From assembly GCF_964194155.1 (NCBI RefSeq), contig NC_135898.1, forward strand, positions 65,720,001-65,784,000: 64,000 nt of DNA. Reading direction: 5' to 3'. The DNA comes from Cetorhinus maximus (taxonomy: Eukaryota). The number at the start of each line of letters is the position of its first letter. The first letter of the stretch is position 1. Both the position numbers and the translations under genes were made by a program. This document shows positions 50,669 through 62,535 of the stretch, piece after piece. The notes beneath the pieces are model-generated. The model had not been told where the DNA came from and ran no database searches. It saw only the letters and a program-made list of their open reading frames with translations.

Positions 50669-53453
50669 CCCAGCAGGCTCCAGGCAGTTAGGGTTCAGAG
50701 AAAGTTCTGGGAACCGTTCGGTGCAGCTGTGAGTTGCATTTTGAATCTCATGTAGCTTGCATCTCACAGAGAAGCCCTGGGAGCTGTTCTGTGCAGGTGC
50801 AGATCAGGGCAAGTCCTGGGGAACTGAGAAGGCGACAGAAGGTCACTGGTTCTGTGTTGGAAGAAGTTGGGGCTCAGGGAAGCCCTGGGAGCCATTAATA
50901 GTGCAGCCGGGAGACTGGAGTTCGAAGAAACCCAGGGGCAGTGCCAGCTTAGTGAACCTAGTGATCTGTGAAAAAAAAATTGGAAGTGTGCTGGTAATTA
51001 GAGGTGGGAGGGCAGCTTTCTGAATCTTATGGAGTGCAGTCTCAGGAGAAGAAACAACGATCAGGAATTGAGCAGTTCTTGAGGCAGTCTGAGTCAGAGT
51101 GGCTTTTGAGTAAATTTAGAGGCTAAATCTTCGAAAATGAAGACTTGAAATCCCTCTTGAGGGAATCAGAGTTTTAATGAGATATTATGACTCAAAGGCC
51201 ACTGATGCCTGGGAGGGTTGCTGAGAAATCCGTGGGATTTGTCTTGGTTGCATATGCCATTTGATGTGCAGCGTGCTGTGTTCGACCATGGTTTGCCTGT
51301 TTAATCAAGTTCACCTTGTTAATTCTGAATTTAGAGTATAATATAGATATTGTAGATTGTTTTACTTTTCTGACTTTGCATAGTCAGGTTTATTTTGTTT
51401 GCTTAAAACCATGGAATCTTGTGGCTTTATTGTCCTATTGGGTAAGTGGGATTTCAAACATTGTCTATTTTAAACAAAATGCTACTGGTCTCTGACCTAA
51501 TCGTAACACATTTAAATGGCCAATTAAAGCCAGACTCCCGCCGCCTCTGGCATTTTATCAGCAGTGGGTGGGCCCTTTGTTGCATGGGGAGATGAGCTGG
51601 TTAAACCTGGTGGCCTCCCTGTGGGCTTGGGGAGGAGCTGCCCTCCTAATCAGGCACCCTCTGGCCCACGAGGGCTTTGACCACCCTTGCGGCAACATAC
51701 CCCCTGGCTTCACCAACCACCCATCCCCACTTCCTTGCTGGACCTTCTTGACAGACCTCGGCGATTCAAGACTCGACTCACTTATTTGCGAGGGTGGTGT
51801 CCTCTCCGCTGGGTGCAGCCCCAGCAATGCTCACTGTTCCCAGGGGCGCTAATGAGACTGAAGAGCTGCCTGCTCTTTGATTGGCTGGCAGTTTTTGGGG
51901 ACAGACTCCCATTTTTTAAAGGTACGGGAACCCCAGTGACAACTAATTAGTTGCCAGATGGGCCTAAAATGTGGTTGGGGGTCCCTCAAATTGCCAAGGC
52001 ATGGTTTCCCTCATCATTATAGCTGTTGAGCGGATTCTTGCCATCCTGACTAAACTCAGCCCATAGTTTCAATAAGAAGAATGAGGGGGGAAAATTTGTT
52101 TGCGTTGGCTACTCAGACATATATTGATTCCCAGGGCAGCTACCTGTGGGCCACCACCTGCACGACCCACATACCATTCATCATTGATATTATTGAAGAA
52201 CGCTCTGAGGGTCGTGGCCTAGGAGCTGCCTGCCTTGGTGAATCAATGTTAAATCTGAAGTGAACCGACATTAATCTGCATAGTGCCACACATTGTGGCA
52301 CTATGTGAACAAATTTCTTCCCTGCGTCTCTTATGGATCAAAGCCTGTGCTCTTAAATGTGTTACCTATGGCATAGCATGCCAAAGGACTAGCAATACCT
52401 TTTTTAAAAAGAACAGAAACAACATGCCCATATTATTTTCCTGCCTAATCCAAAATTCAGTAAATACCATACTGTCAGGTTGTTACATTGAGCGATGGAA
52501 AGCTTTATTTACAGGTTAGATAGTTACACAAGTAGAAATACAGAAAGAAAATGGCATTGATTGAATTCATGAAGTGATAAATTAATTTTTGCAGAACATA
52601 TTTCTTGCACTGTCTGATATTTTGAAAGGCTTTTGGTGGGAAGTCTTTGACTTTCCAGTGCTCTGATTTTGTGTGGGTGTGGAGATATTCCTACCCATTG
52701 CAAGCACCTGAAGTGCAGAATGGTGGGTGGTCTCATCAGGGCTAAGGTCCAGCCACGTGAATTGGGCCTTCTATTTAGAAGATACAAAATTCCACTATCA
52801 ACCGATACTGTCACCCTTGACTACCTTTCAGAGCAAGAGAGGCTATCAGAGTTCAATAAAGAAGCTTTATCAGTGATCCCATGTCTTTTCAAAAATAATA
52901 ATTATGTATTAGTATGCATACATGTCAACCATATTCATTTTTTGGAAACCAGACCAACCTGCCCACTTCGTTGTGGAATTTCTGTATGTTGTGTTATTAC
53001 TTTGCAATAAAGAAAGATAAAGCACTTAGGCCAAATGCACAGGATTCTCCAAAAGATCATGTACAAAGCGTCAAGCATATACCGTCAACATGATTTGCCC
53101 TGGCCTTATTATTTTGACACATCAGTGCTGCTATGTTGCACGCTGAAGATATGGGCTTTCAAAACTCCAGTATTGGCCTTTCTTTGAATTTATTTAGTAT
53201 ACCTTACAAATATTTATATGGGGAGGTTGAACAAGTGCAGATGGATGTTAGGTTAGGTTACTTACCACGGATGTAACCATCTTCATTGTTTTAAAAAGTT
53301 CATCCTCCACATTTAGACCTCCCACCCAGCTTAGTCCTCATTTTTCTTTTCATCTGGTGTGAGTTTGGAGTTGTATTATTGTTTCCGCAATATATTAGCG
53401 CTCTTGTTGCTTCCTTAAGCCTCTTTGTTGCTATTGCTGGCAAAGAACATATT

Positions 53454-54263
53454 GGACCATAGCTTCCGAGCTCCAGGGTGTCGTGTTGGGTTGGTAACCC
53501 AAAGATGCGCTGGAGAATCCCGTTCGGATGTTCACAGGTAAGGCTTGTATGGCAGTGGCCTGGAAGTACAAACTTCTCCTGGGCAATTGCCCTGCACTGG
53601 GAACCATCCTAAAGTGTGATTTAAATTGCAAACTTCAGATAGTTCCGATTGGCTTACACCAATAGTTACTCAGAAAACGTTAGAGGAATCCAAATCTCTT
53701 CTAACTTCTGGATAACTATTGTACAGGCCCACGCCCAACCCCTCCCCCCACAAGGCCTGAGGCCTGAAACCCTCTGCCCTGAGGTCCCCCCCCCAAACCC
53801 CTGACCTGACCTGACATGAGGCCCAAAACCCCCAACCCCGAGTGACCTCTGTGTCCCCTCCCCCCTGCGCGACCTGTGTTCCCCCAGCATCCCCCCCACC
53901 CCCCCACCCACCAGTGACCTCTGTCCCCCCACCCCGATCAGCCCCCCAAATCCTACCCACTTACCTTATGCATTCACCTCCTCCCTGGTGTGTGAAGGAC
54001 CTTTAAACTTCAATGGACCTTTCACTTTCCTGGTTTATGGCAGCTAGTGCTGTAAAAAAAAAAGGGGCATGTCTTCCTTCCATCCAACAGAGCTGCTCTT
54101 CTCTGGGGCTCCAGGGATGCTCGGAATAGACTGCAGTACTTGGATCTCGCCCGGCCTGAGTCGGAAGGTTGGGCAAGACAGGATGGGAAAAAAAATTAAA
54201 ATAAAAAGCTCGGAGCGAAGTGGCAATCCAACGCTGATTGCCATTTAGAGGCAGTTCAGGCCC
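53454..54263 (-). mobile_element. Harbinger-like element with G-rich core (family G, copy B)
   Basis: C-run tract ~53730-53960 on +; aligns in reverse with 19730-19930; end gttcaggccc. Confidence 0.65.
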
Positions 54264-54793
54264 AATATTTATCTAATGTTGAGGGTATGATGCACCAGTG
54301 TGGGAGAAGATCACCTGTTTATGAGGGTGTGAATATCTTGACAAGTTTTTTCTCCATAGACTCCATTGACTTTGTAAATTTGCCCCATTGAAACAACTCT
54401 CTACTTTTAAGGTTAATGTGGTGATTACTCAAAGACAATTAGAGATGGGCAAAAAATGCTGGTCTTGCCAGTGATGCCCACAACCCATGAAAAAATTAAG
54501 ACTACAATCATGCATTGTTGGTTCGAAGAACTTTTGTGGCATTTACCATTGCTAGAACCCTAAAGGATGGTGTCCTGGGCTTTCTTGCATTGAGACGGCT
54601 GATGTGCATTGTAGACAGAGACTCAAATACATTCAAAAAACAAAGAATTAACTGAAACAAAGTAATCTTTGATGTGGTTTAGTAATGTTTAAAGATTTGA
54701 TACTTTTTTTTGAGACAGAACCAGAAACTTACATTTTTAAGGAGGTGCAGGTTATCAAAAGTGACTTTGTTTGTGTTTTGATTAGCAGCTTAC

Positions 54794-54865
54794 CTATAAA
54801 TGATGCATGCACTGTTTCGACAGGTGTCACAATTTGCAGTATCCTGTCCTGTTCGGTAGGAGAGT
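54794..54865 (-). CDS. INSYN2A: INSYN2A coding exon 2 (72 nt; LSYRTGQDTANCDTCRNSACIIY)
   Basis: Manual minus-strand translation. Acceptor ctcttatctttacag|A, donor AG|gtaagc. Phase 2-2, compatible with both neighbouring exons; matches the conserved FAM196 Cys-rich motif. Confidence 0.95.
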
Positions 54866-56928
54866 CTGTAAAGATAAGAGTGCACATTATATTGTAAAAG
54901 TAAATCTAATTAGTTTTGAGGGAATAGTTGAAAACTAATTAGATTTTTCGATTTCCAGTTAACATTGACTTACTACCACCATTTAATGTGAATGTTATTT
55001 TTTTAAAAATTCATTTTAACTTATATATTTAAATTGATCAAAAGTCCCTTCCATTTTTGGGATAGAAAAATAACCACCTATTTGTTTTTCGATAACGATT
55101 TTTAATTTGTTTCTCACACTATGGATCAACATGAAAAACAAGTTAATTTTAAGACAATTTAAGGCAGAATCCCTTTTGACACTTGGCATAATGCATGTCG
55201 ATATGATTATCATAATTTTTTTAAACGTTAAAATTGATGCCAACTCCAGCAATGACATACCTCTACAATGCTGCCTTCACTAAACCATGAATCTGTGTCG
55301 GTGCTTGTTTGTTGGACTTTTCCATCAAGGTTACTGAAAAAACTGGTATCAGTAGTTCATAAATAGAATGTAAAAAATATATATTTATTTAAGTTTAACA
55401 GAGAAAGTGTGAAACATGGAAGAGTGTGTCATGTTTTTCTTGCACATCGACAGATGGCCAAAAGCACTGGAAAAGAGAAACATTTGGGTTTGGAGTATAG
55501 CTCTGTTTCATTTCCTTCTGTTGGATATATTTGGTAGGTATTTAAAAATTATAAGTATGATGAAGAAGGCATATATTTTTGTTCTAAGTTAAAATCCCCT
55601 ATCTTTTGTCCTGGTACAACATCGGGCAAAAATTAGATGGTTCTTCACTCATCATTTGCCCTAGTATCTGGTGTATAATTGCAATAAAGAGTTTTGATCC
55701 CACGGATGGTAGATCTGATGCATTTGTTTAGACTACTTGGATGACAGATACGCCATGTCTCTATTTCTCTATTTAACAATTGGAACCACTATCTTTTATT
55801 AGCAATATGGAGAGGCAATCATGATTTCTTTTGATTGTTGGCCACTTTGTTGTAAATGGATGTTTGAAAAGTAAATTATTCCATTTTTATTTCAGGTTGT
55901 ATTTTGGAACCACCCCCAACCCCAACACTTTCCTCAGGTGCCATGCCCTCAGAATTTTCTATTCAGAATTCAGATGCTATCTCCAGTGAACCATTGCTGG
56001 AGCTTTAGCCATTCCACTAATCTTACCAGATCAACCTTTATCACAAGAGGCAATCGTTCTTAGGTCAGAGCTTTGTTACCCTTATACCTGATTAGGTACC
56101 TTGTCCAACCAACTGAATACTCCTTACCATAAAAGTATTGGTGATATACCCGGTTCTTTGTTTTCCCACCGAAAAATAATATTTTGGGAGGTGTTACGAG
56201 ACCCTATATAGTGTCTGAGACTTGGAAGTATGGTCAAGATATCAACAGTTGTACCAAATTTTGGGCAAGCATTTTACTATTTTAAGAATGTAAGGGATAT
56301 TAATGTAAGGGATATTAAGACTCTGAAAAGGGTGCAGAGGAAAATAGCCACCCTCCCCTCCAATAGCCACACCCCCTCCAACAAGTGCAAGTACTCAGAT
56401 TTTTTCAGTTTCAAGATAGATACCATTAATTTAGCTTCTGCTCTGTTACAAATTCAGACCTTTTGCCGCTATCTTCTCAATTTAATAAGTTCACTGGTTA
56501 TGATCTGAATATCTTGCTTCTGTGGGAATTGGCTGTTGTCAATGTTAAATATATAATAGCATAATGCAGGAACGTAACTTTGTTCTTTTCCATGTTTTCT
56601 CTTTTTTGTCTTTCTTTATATATTGTGTTTATTAATTCTACTTTTAAATGTATGTATGTGTAACAATGGCATCCCTATTCCCTATTTAGCCTTGGGTTTT
56701 ATGATTTGGCCTGGGTCTTGTTATTGCATCTCCCACCTCAATGCTGACAGGGCTGTCCAGTGAAGACTTGCAACCACCAGAGTAGGAGAGATAAGGGACT
56801 GACTAACTGATAAGAGATCAGATTTGCTTCACATGATCAACCCTAGTCCTCCATTTGGAGGGACAGTCATTCAGAAATCAATTTTTGTGTATTATTAATT
56901 TCAATGTTACCTGAAGCAATGAATCATA

Positions 56929-57055
56929 GGCCAGGGTTTTCCAGCCCCATCGTGGCAGGACCTGCCACGGGAGATCTGGTGGCCCAGCCAAAAGTCAGTT
57001 GATTTTCGGTGGGAGCGGACGATCCTGGCAGCGGGTGGGGCTGGAAAATCCCACC
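56929..57055. mobile_element. Short (127 bp) palindromic MITE
   Basis: TIR core ttttccagcccca / tggggctggaaaa; TA flanks. Confidence 0.75.
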
Positions 57056-57059
57056 TATA

Positions 57060-57170
57060 TAGTGATTACAACACAGAAAGGTGGCATTCGGCCCATCGGG
57101 TCTGTGCTGGCTCTCAGTAGGGCAATCCAGTGTCCCGTTCCCCAGCTCTACCCAAGAATATGTAAGGAAA
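57060..57170 (-). mobile_element. CR1 3' end fragment
   Basis: cacagaaaggtggcattcggcccatcgggtctgtgctggctc. Confidence 0.65.
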
Positions 57171-57541
57171 AACCTAGTTTTAAAAAAAAGTATTTTTTGA
57201 CAAAGCAAAATCTTGGTTGTAAGTCATTATTGTATTTTGAACTATTACGTGATTCCAAGTGAAAAGCAAACAAAATGCTTTTTTTTCCTCTGGTACAGGA
57301 ACCTAAATTAAAGGATAAGAAAAACTCAATCGTTTTTCCAAGTAAAAAGCAGGGACGCAAAAGTAATTGTGCATGTCAGGTTGTAAAGTTAGTTCCTGTT
57401 CTCTTTGGACAGGAATTTCTGTTATTGGAAATTGAAAACAATTTCCCCAAAGAAATAGTAATATCATAAGCGATATTGCATTTGCAATTTGTAGTGTCCC
57501 TCAGACAGCAATGAAACTTAAAGATTTTAAAAATGTTGAAA

Positions 57542-57671
57542 ATTACAAAAAGCAAAAGATAGCTGTAATGTGTATTTTGAAAGAAATGTTTGTATTCCTG
57601 TATAATATTACAAAAAGCGAAAGATAGCTGTAATGTGTATTTTGAAAGAAATATTTGTATTCCTGTATAAT
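57542..57671. repeat. Tandem duplication, 2 x 65 bp
   Basis: Units 57542-57606 and 57607-57671 differ at 2 positions. Confidence 0.95.
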
Positions 57672-57963
57672 GTTATTGTAACCAAAATAGTTCTTAATAT
57701 AATGACATCCTGAAACCTTGCAATAGTGCAAATTTTGGTTGCTAATTTAAAAATACCAAGTGTTGCTTCTGTGGTAGAAGTTGTTTATTTCAGTGCAAAA
57801 GCTAGAAAGTTTTACATAAAGTATTCTAAATTGTAAATTAAGGTCTGTGAGATTCTTCATATAAATTATAAGGTGAAAATTACATGTGATTGAAAGAATG
57901 CAGCGCTTTTTCAGTCTTGTTTTTGCATGCTTAACATGAAGGCTACAATGCCCAAGTTATTTT

Positions 57964-59325
57964 AGCCTGGATATTTGCTCTTGGGCCGGGAGCGCAGGAT
58001 TGGGGCGTTTCCTGGCTCTGCAAACCCAACCCGGGGAATAAATGCCCTGGAAGTTGGGATTTTCATTGACCGGGCCACCCTGCAACGGATGCAGATGTGC
58101 TCTTGCACTGTGTTGATGTTTTTAAAGAGAACCCAATAAAACGTAATACAGCCCTCCAGCTCACACCACTTCAAACCGCCCCACCCACACTCACCATGTC
58201 CATCAATGCCAACCCATGCTCCCCACCCACCCCCTACCTCCAAGGACCCTCATACCCTCCATGCCACCTCACCACCCTTCTTCCCACCCCCATGGCTGTT
58301 TAGAGCCCCTATGCAAACTTTGCCAACCCATACCCCCTACCCACCACCCTTTGCCCTTACACCTACCATGCCAACTCACCCAATATCTACCATGGGCGTA
58401 CCTCAGGACCCATGCTGAGATAAAATAAAATAAACTCGTATCTATTGATGAATTCACTTTTTTTTAAAAATGTCTCATTAATAAAAACCCATACACTGCA
58501 TTTACATCCCATCAACTACATCCTTATAAAAACAAACATTTCATTCAAGTGCTTAATCCCCAAGCAAAGCAAACGTTAGAATCATAGTCCCACTTCAAAG
58601 AGCCGATAACCACTTGGAGCTGTCAAACAAACTGAAGTGAAAGGCACCCTACTTTGAAAATGGAAGGCCAATGAAATCAGTCATGCAGCACTAATCTGGT
58701 AATGGTAACCATCAGGTTTATTGTCAGCAGACAGAGTGAAATAGCAAGCATTTTCTTTTAATAAATACTCTAGACATTTTTTTTCCTCCAGACATTTTTC
58801 AAGGATTTAAGGGTAGGAGTTGTAATGCCTTATCAGTTTCTAAGTTGCCTTTAACAGTTCATTTTGAGACTTTAGACAGTTCCAATGAGCTTGACAGTTA
58901 ATGAGTTTACGCACTTTATACATACATTTATGCCTAATTTTAACAACCTCGAGGGGTACCTGACCTGCCCAAAGATGTCCCAGGATCATTATTAAAAGGG
59001 GTACCCTGCCGCTCCAAATAAGCACCCCACCTCTCCAAAGGACTCTATAAAGTTCAGACCTGCTCCAACTAGGTCTAACCTGCGCATGTCATGCTTTACA
59101 CACCTGGTTCACCAAGATCGTACAAGTGGAGGCTGTTGCTGATTTAAATAGGCAGCTGCTTCCATGAAAAGCGCAAGCGCGCGTCCCGACGCACTGAATC
59201 AGACCCTTTCCTGCCCACGTGAAAATGGTAGGTGCCGTGTTCGGGTTTGTGACTTGCGGATTTTGGGTTCGTCCGCCATTTTCATAATGAAGGCGAGGCT
59301 CTCCATCATTGCAAACTCCTAGGCC
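57964..59325. mobile_element. Harbinger-like non-autonomous element (~1.36 kb) with C-rich tract
   Basis: Imperfect TIRs agcctggatatttgc / gcaaactcctaggcc; CpG-rich ends; layout similar to 45422-46610. Confidence 0.55.
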
Positions 59326-59689
59326 TTTAACTTGCTTTAAGAGTTGTCTAAAATTGCAGTGTAATTGACAATTCTTATGTTCTAAGTTGCACGTGATGCT
59401 ATTGAACAATTGCATACCCAGTTAGATGCTCCATTTATTTTCACACCATGGGCATATATTTGTGGATCTAATCAACTTTGTCCTCTCTTTCCTCACCTGT
59501 CCAAAAAGAAGACATGATCTGTATTATAAAGGCCAAATTGCACTTATCATGCAAGGCAGGATCAGGCGCAGCAGTCTTTTTATCTCCGAAGTAATGTTAG
59601 TGTGCAGCATACAATCCTAATACATATTAATAGTTCAATTTTGAACATATCTTGAACAATTATTTTGTTAAGTTTCAGCCTTATATAGC

Positions 59690-60085
59690 CATATTAAATT
59701 TGTGAAGGTTCAAATCTCACCATGGAAGTTTTAGCATTTTAATTTTGTTTAAATGCTGGTACCGGTAACAAGTGATCACAAAGCCGTCAGATTGCCAGTA
59801 AAAACCCAACTGATTCACTATTGTCCTTTATGGAAGGACACCTGACCCCCTTACTGTTAAAGGCACGGATATGACTCCAGGACACACCTATATGCTTGAC
59901 TCTTAATTACCTGCAGTATTGCCTCAGATGTATCAAATTGCTGCAGCATTGGACTGCATCTTCACCCAGATTGACTACAGTGATTCGAGAAGACGGCCCA
60001 CCACTACCTTCTCAGGGCAGCTAATCGTGGACAATAAATGCTATCTTGGCCACACCACCCACTTCTCTGAACGAATGAAAAAAAT
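59690..60085 (+). mobile_element. Degenerate tRNA-derived SINE (related to 50311-50668)
   Basis: ggttcaaatc B box, aaacccaactgattcacta..gactcttaa core, and LINE-like tail. Confidence 0.65.
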
Positions 60086-62535
60086 ATATCCAGATTAGCT
60101 GCTTCCTCTGCCTCTCACCACCATGATCACACCTATCTACTTCCCCCAGCAGTGTTCCCTGTAAATGTAGCTGTTAAATGTGGCCCATTCTTTTCAGTGC
60201 AAAACCTTTAAGTTCTTTTATACAACCATGCACGCGCATTCGTTATCATGGGGTACAGGCTGCGTGGTAACTTCCAGGCTTCTGTGTAAATATGCACCCA
60301 CGTAGCTTAATGGGAATGTTGCCCCTCCTCCTCACCCTAAGCCATGATTTCCCCTCTACCTCTTAGCTCCCACCATCCTGTTTCTCCAGTCTCTCCCTCC
60401 TCTGCACTCCCTGGCTGCAGTCCCTGATCTCCTCCAATACTTCTGGTCTTCTGTGCTTCCTGGCTGAGACCTGATGCCATTAAATTTGGCAGCACCTGAG
60501 CGAAAACCATTCTCCCATGCTCCCTGACCATAAAACAACGCCCCTACTCCCTCCCTGCCTCCAAGCTAATATCAGGGCAATTACTTCGAATGGTGCAATC
60601 GAAAACAAAGACCACAAAAAAGGCTGATAGTAATTTAATGACTAAAACTCTTAAAGGGAGTAAACATGCATGGTGGTATTGCAGGCTTCAGTGAATGTAA
60701 TACATGTCCTGATTAGAAAGGCAGTTTACACCAGCGTTAAGCACACAAAGCCACCATTGTTTTTATTAGTTGGATGATGCTAACATAGATATAGGCCTAA
60801 TCTGTTACAATAAATTAGATACATTTTAATAAAATCTGCCTTTTGTGCAATGCAAAAACATTATTCCATTTGGTTACTTGAACAGTTTAAAAAGTTTAAA
60901 AGAAATATTTTCTTGAAATATATTTGTAACTTAAAAACTGCAAGCTGTGGAAAATGTTGGTTGTTTGGAAAAATTGTCAAGGTTACTGTTCAGACCAAGG
61001 TAATTACTGCTCTTTGTTGAATAATTAATCATGGTGTCCTGGGTAGAATACACAAGAGACTAGAAATTCATGTATTAAAGGGTTAAAATGCAAGAAGAAA
61101 TAATATTATATCATGATACTAATTGCTTGTCCGCTAATAACAGCAACAGTAATTTATTACCTACTGTCTGATTCTCATGATTAAGATATTTATAAAAAAT
61201 AATCATATACTAATAATGTATAAATTGGATTGGTTTTGAAGAGATAATGTCAGTGTTTCCTAATGTATGTCAATTTTACCTTCTGTTTCATTAACATTTT
61301 TTCTTCAGAACTCAACTCTATCAAATATCCCTCTTCCTTGTCTAGGCTATTAAAATTCTACATTATTCTTGCAAAAAACATATTTTCTGATCTTTTTAAA
61401 AACTGCTGGTTTGCATGTTAGCCTTTATGTTAAAACAATCTTGGCAATATTGATTTTTTTCAAGCTAGCTTAAGTTTTAATGGACTTGTTTTACTTATTT
61501 TTCCATTTTGGTCGAGGCCTTCTAATTTTTTAGATTTTAATTTCCCTTCACAAATCTGATCACTTTTTAAAATCGAAGATAAAACAATTATTCATAACCT
61601 TAGAACTTCAGGTTTAATTCACAAAACAATTTTTAAAGGAATTTTTTATGTAAGACATTTAAAACAGTGCTTAAAAATCATCATGCTTATAAAGGAGTTT
61701 GTTATCAACTGCTCCCAGTGGAACTTTATTCAGCCATGTGCTCATGACAGACATGACTTATGCTATGCTTCATGTTGATGCTGCTTGTTGGAATAGAGAG
61801 AAAATGAAGTGATACCTTCGTTAAACAAACATTGTAATTATTTTTACCAATACATTATAACATATTTTCCTTAATTTAAGAAAGCATTGTGGTGGAATGT
61901 AACTAACTTGCTCAGTACTTTTTGATCATGTCATAATCTGATTCTCCAGTAGTGAGACATGATAATCCTCCAGGAAATCATCTTATACCGCTTACAGTTC
62001 TCACTGGCTGCAGCATAATTCTAACCAGAACATAGCCACAGTGAAAATATCCCCAGCTGGTCCAGGATCTTCTGGGGATGTTGAAATGTGACTGCCACAT
62101 GAGCGGAATTCTGTGCATATATTCAAGCAGGTATAAGAAGAGTTTTTTTCATCAATGACCTCAATGTAATCTACAATGAAGTGCAGCTGGCAGTATAACT
62201 TCTGTCTACTGGCTGTGCATTGCACTCACTGGCTATTAATCTGAAAAGGATAAGTGCAGTTTAAGTTATTATTTAGTCCCGTTGGACTCGAGTTTAAGCT
62301 TTAGAAATTTCTGGGAATCCACCTTGAATTTTACTGATCAATATATTGCATATGAGCCATCCATGTTATTTGGTATGCACTTCATTAATAATTTTGACAT
62401 CTAACCTTACCTCTGCTTTCTAGGTCACCATGTAACAGTTCTATTCCTGACTTTTGTTATTTGGACATACATACTTTTTTAAGTTTAAAAATGAATGTGT
62501 ATACCTTTTCATAAAACAATTTTTTGTGGTCTTAC

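Larger units (their letters stand above)
49623..51508 (+). mobile_element. Solo LTR carrying Penelope-like and SINE insertions
   Basis: TG...CA ends (tgtttc/gtaaca); near-TSD cact/catt. Confidence 0.65.
49473..52062. mobile_element. Harbinger-like MITE split by a solo LTR
   Basis: Ends gcactggattttacc / taaactcagccc; halves rejoin as ggccaattgtgccact|taaatggccaattaa. Confidence 0.6.

Noticed and set aside
57542-57671. CRISPR-like or functional repeat array
   Set aside because: Only two adjacent units with no spacer; a simple local duplication in eukaryotic DNA.
62532-62535. ORF-track stop giving a 398-aa single-exon protein
   Set aside because: The TAA lies inside the GTAAG splice donor; downstream exons complete the protein.
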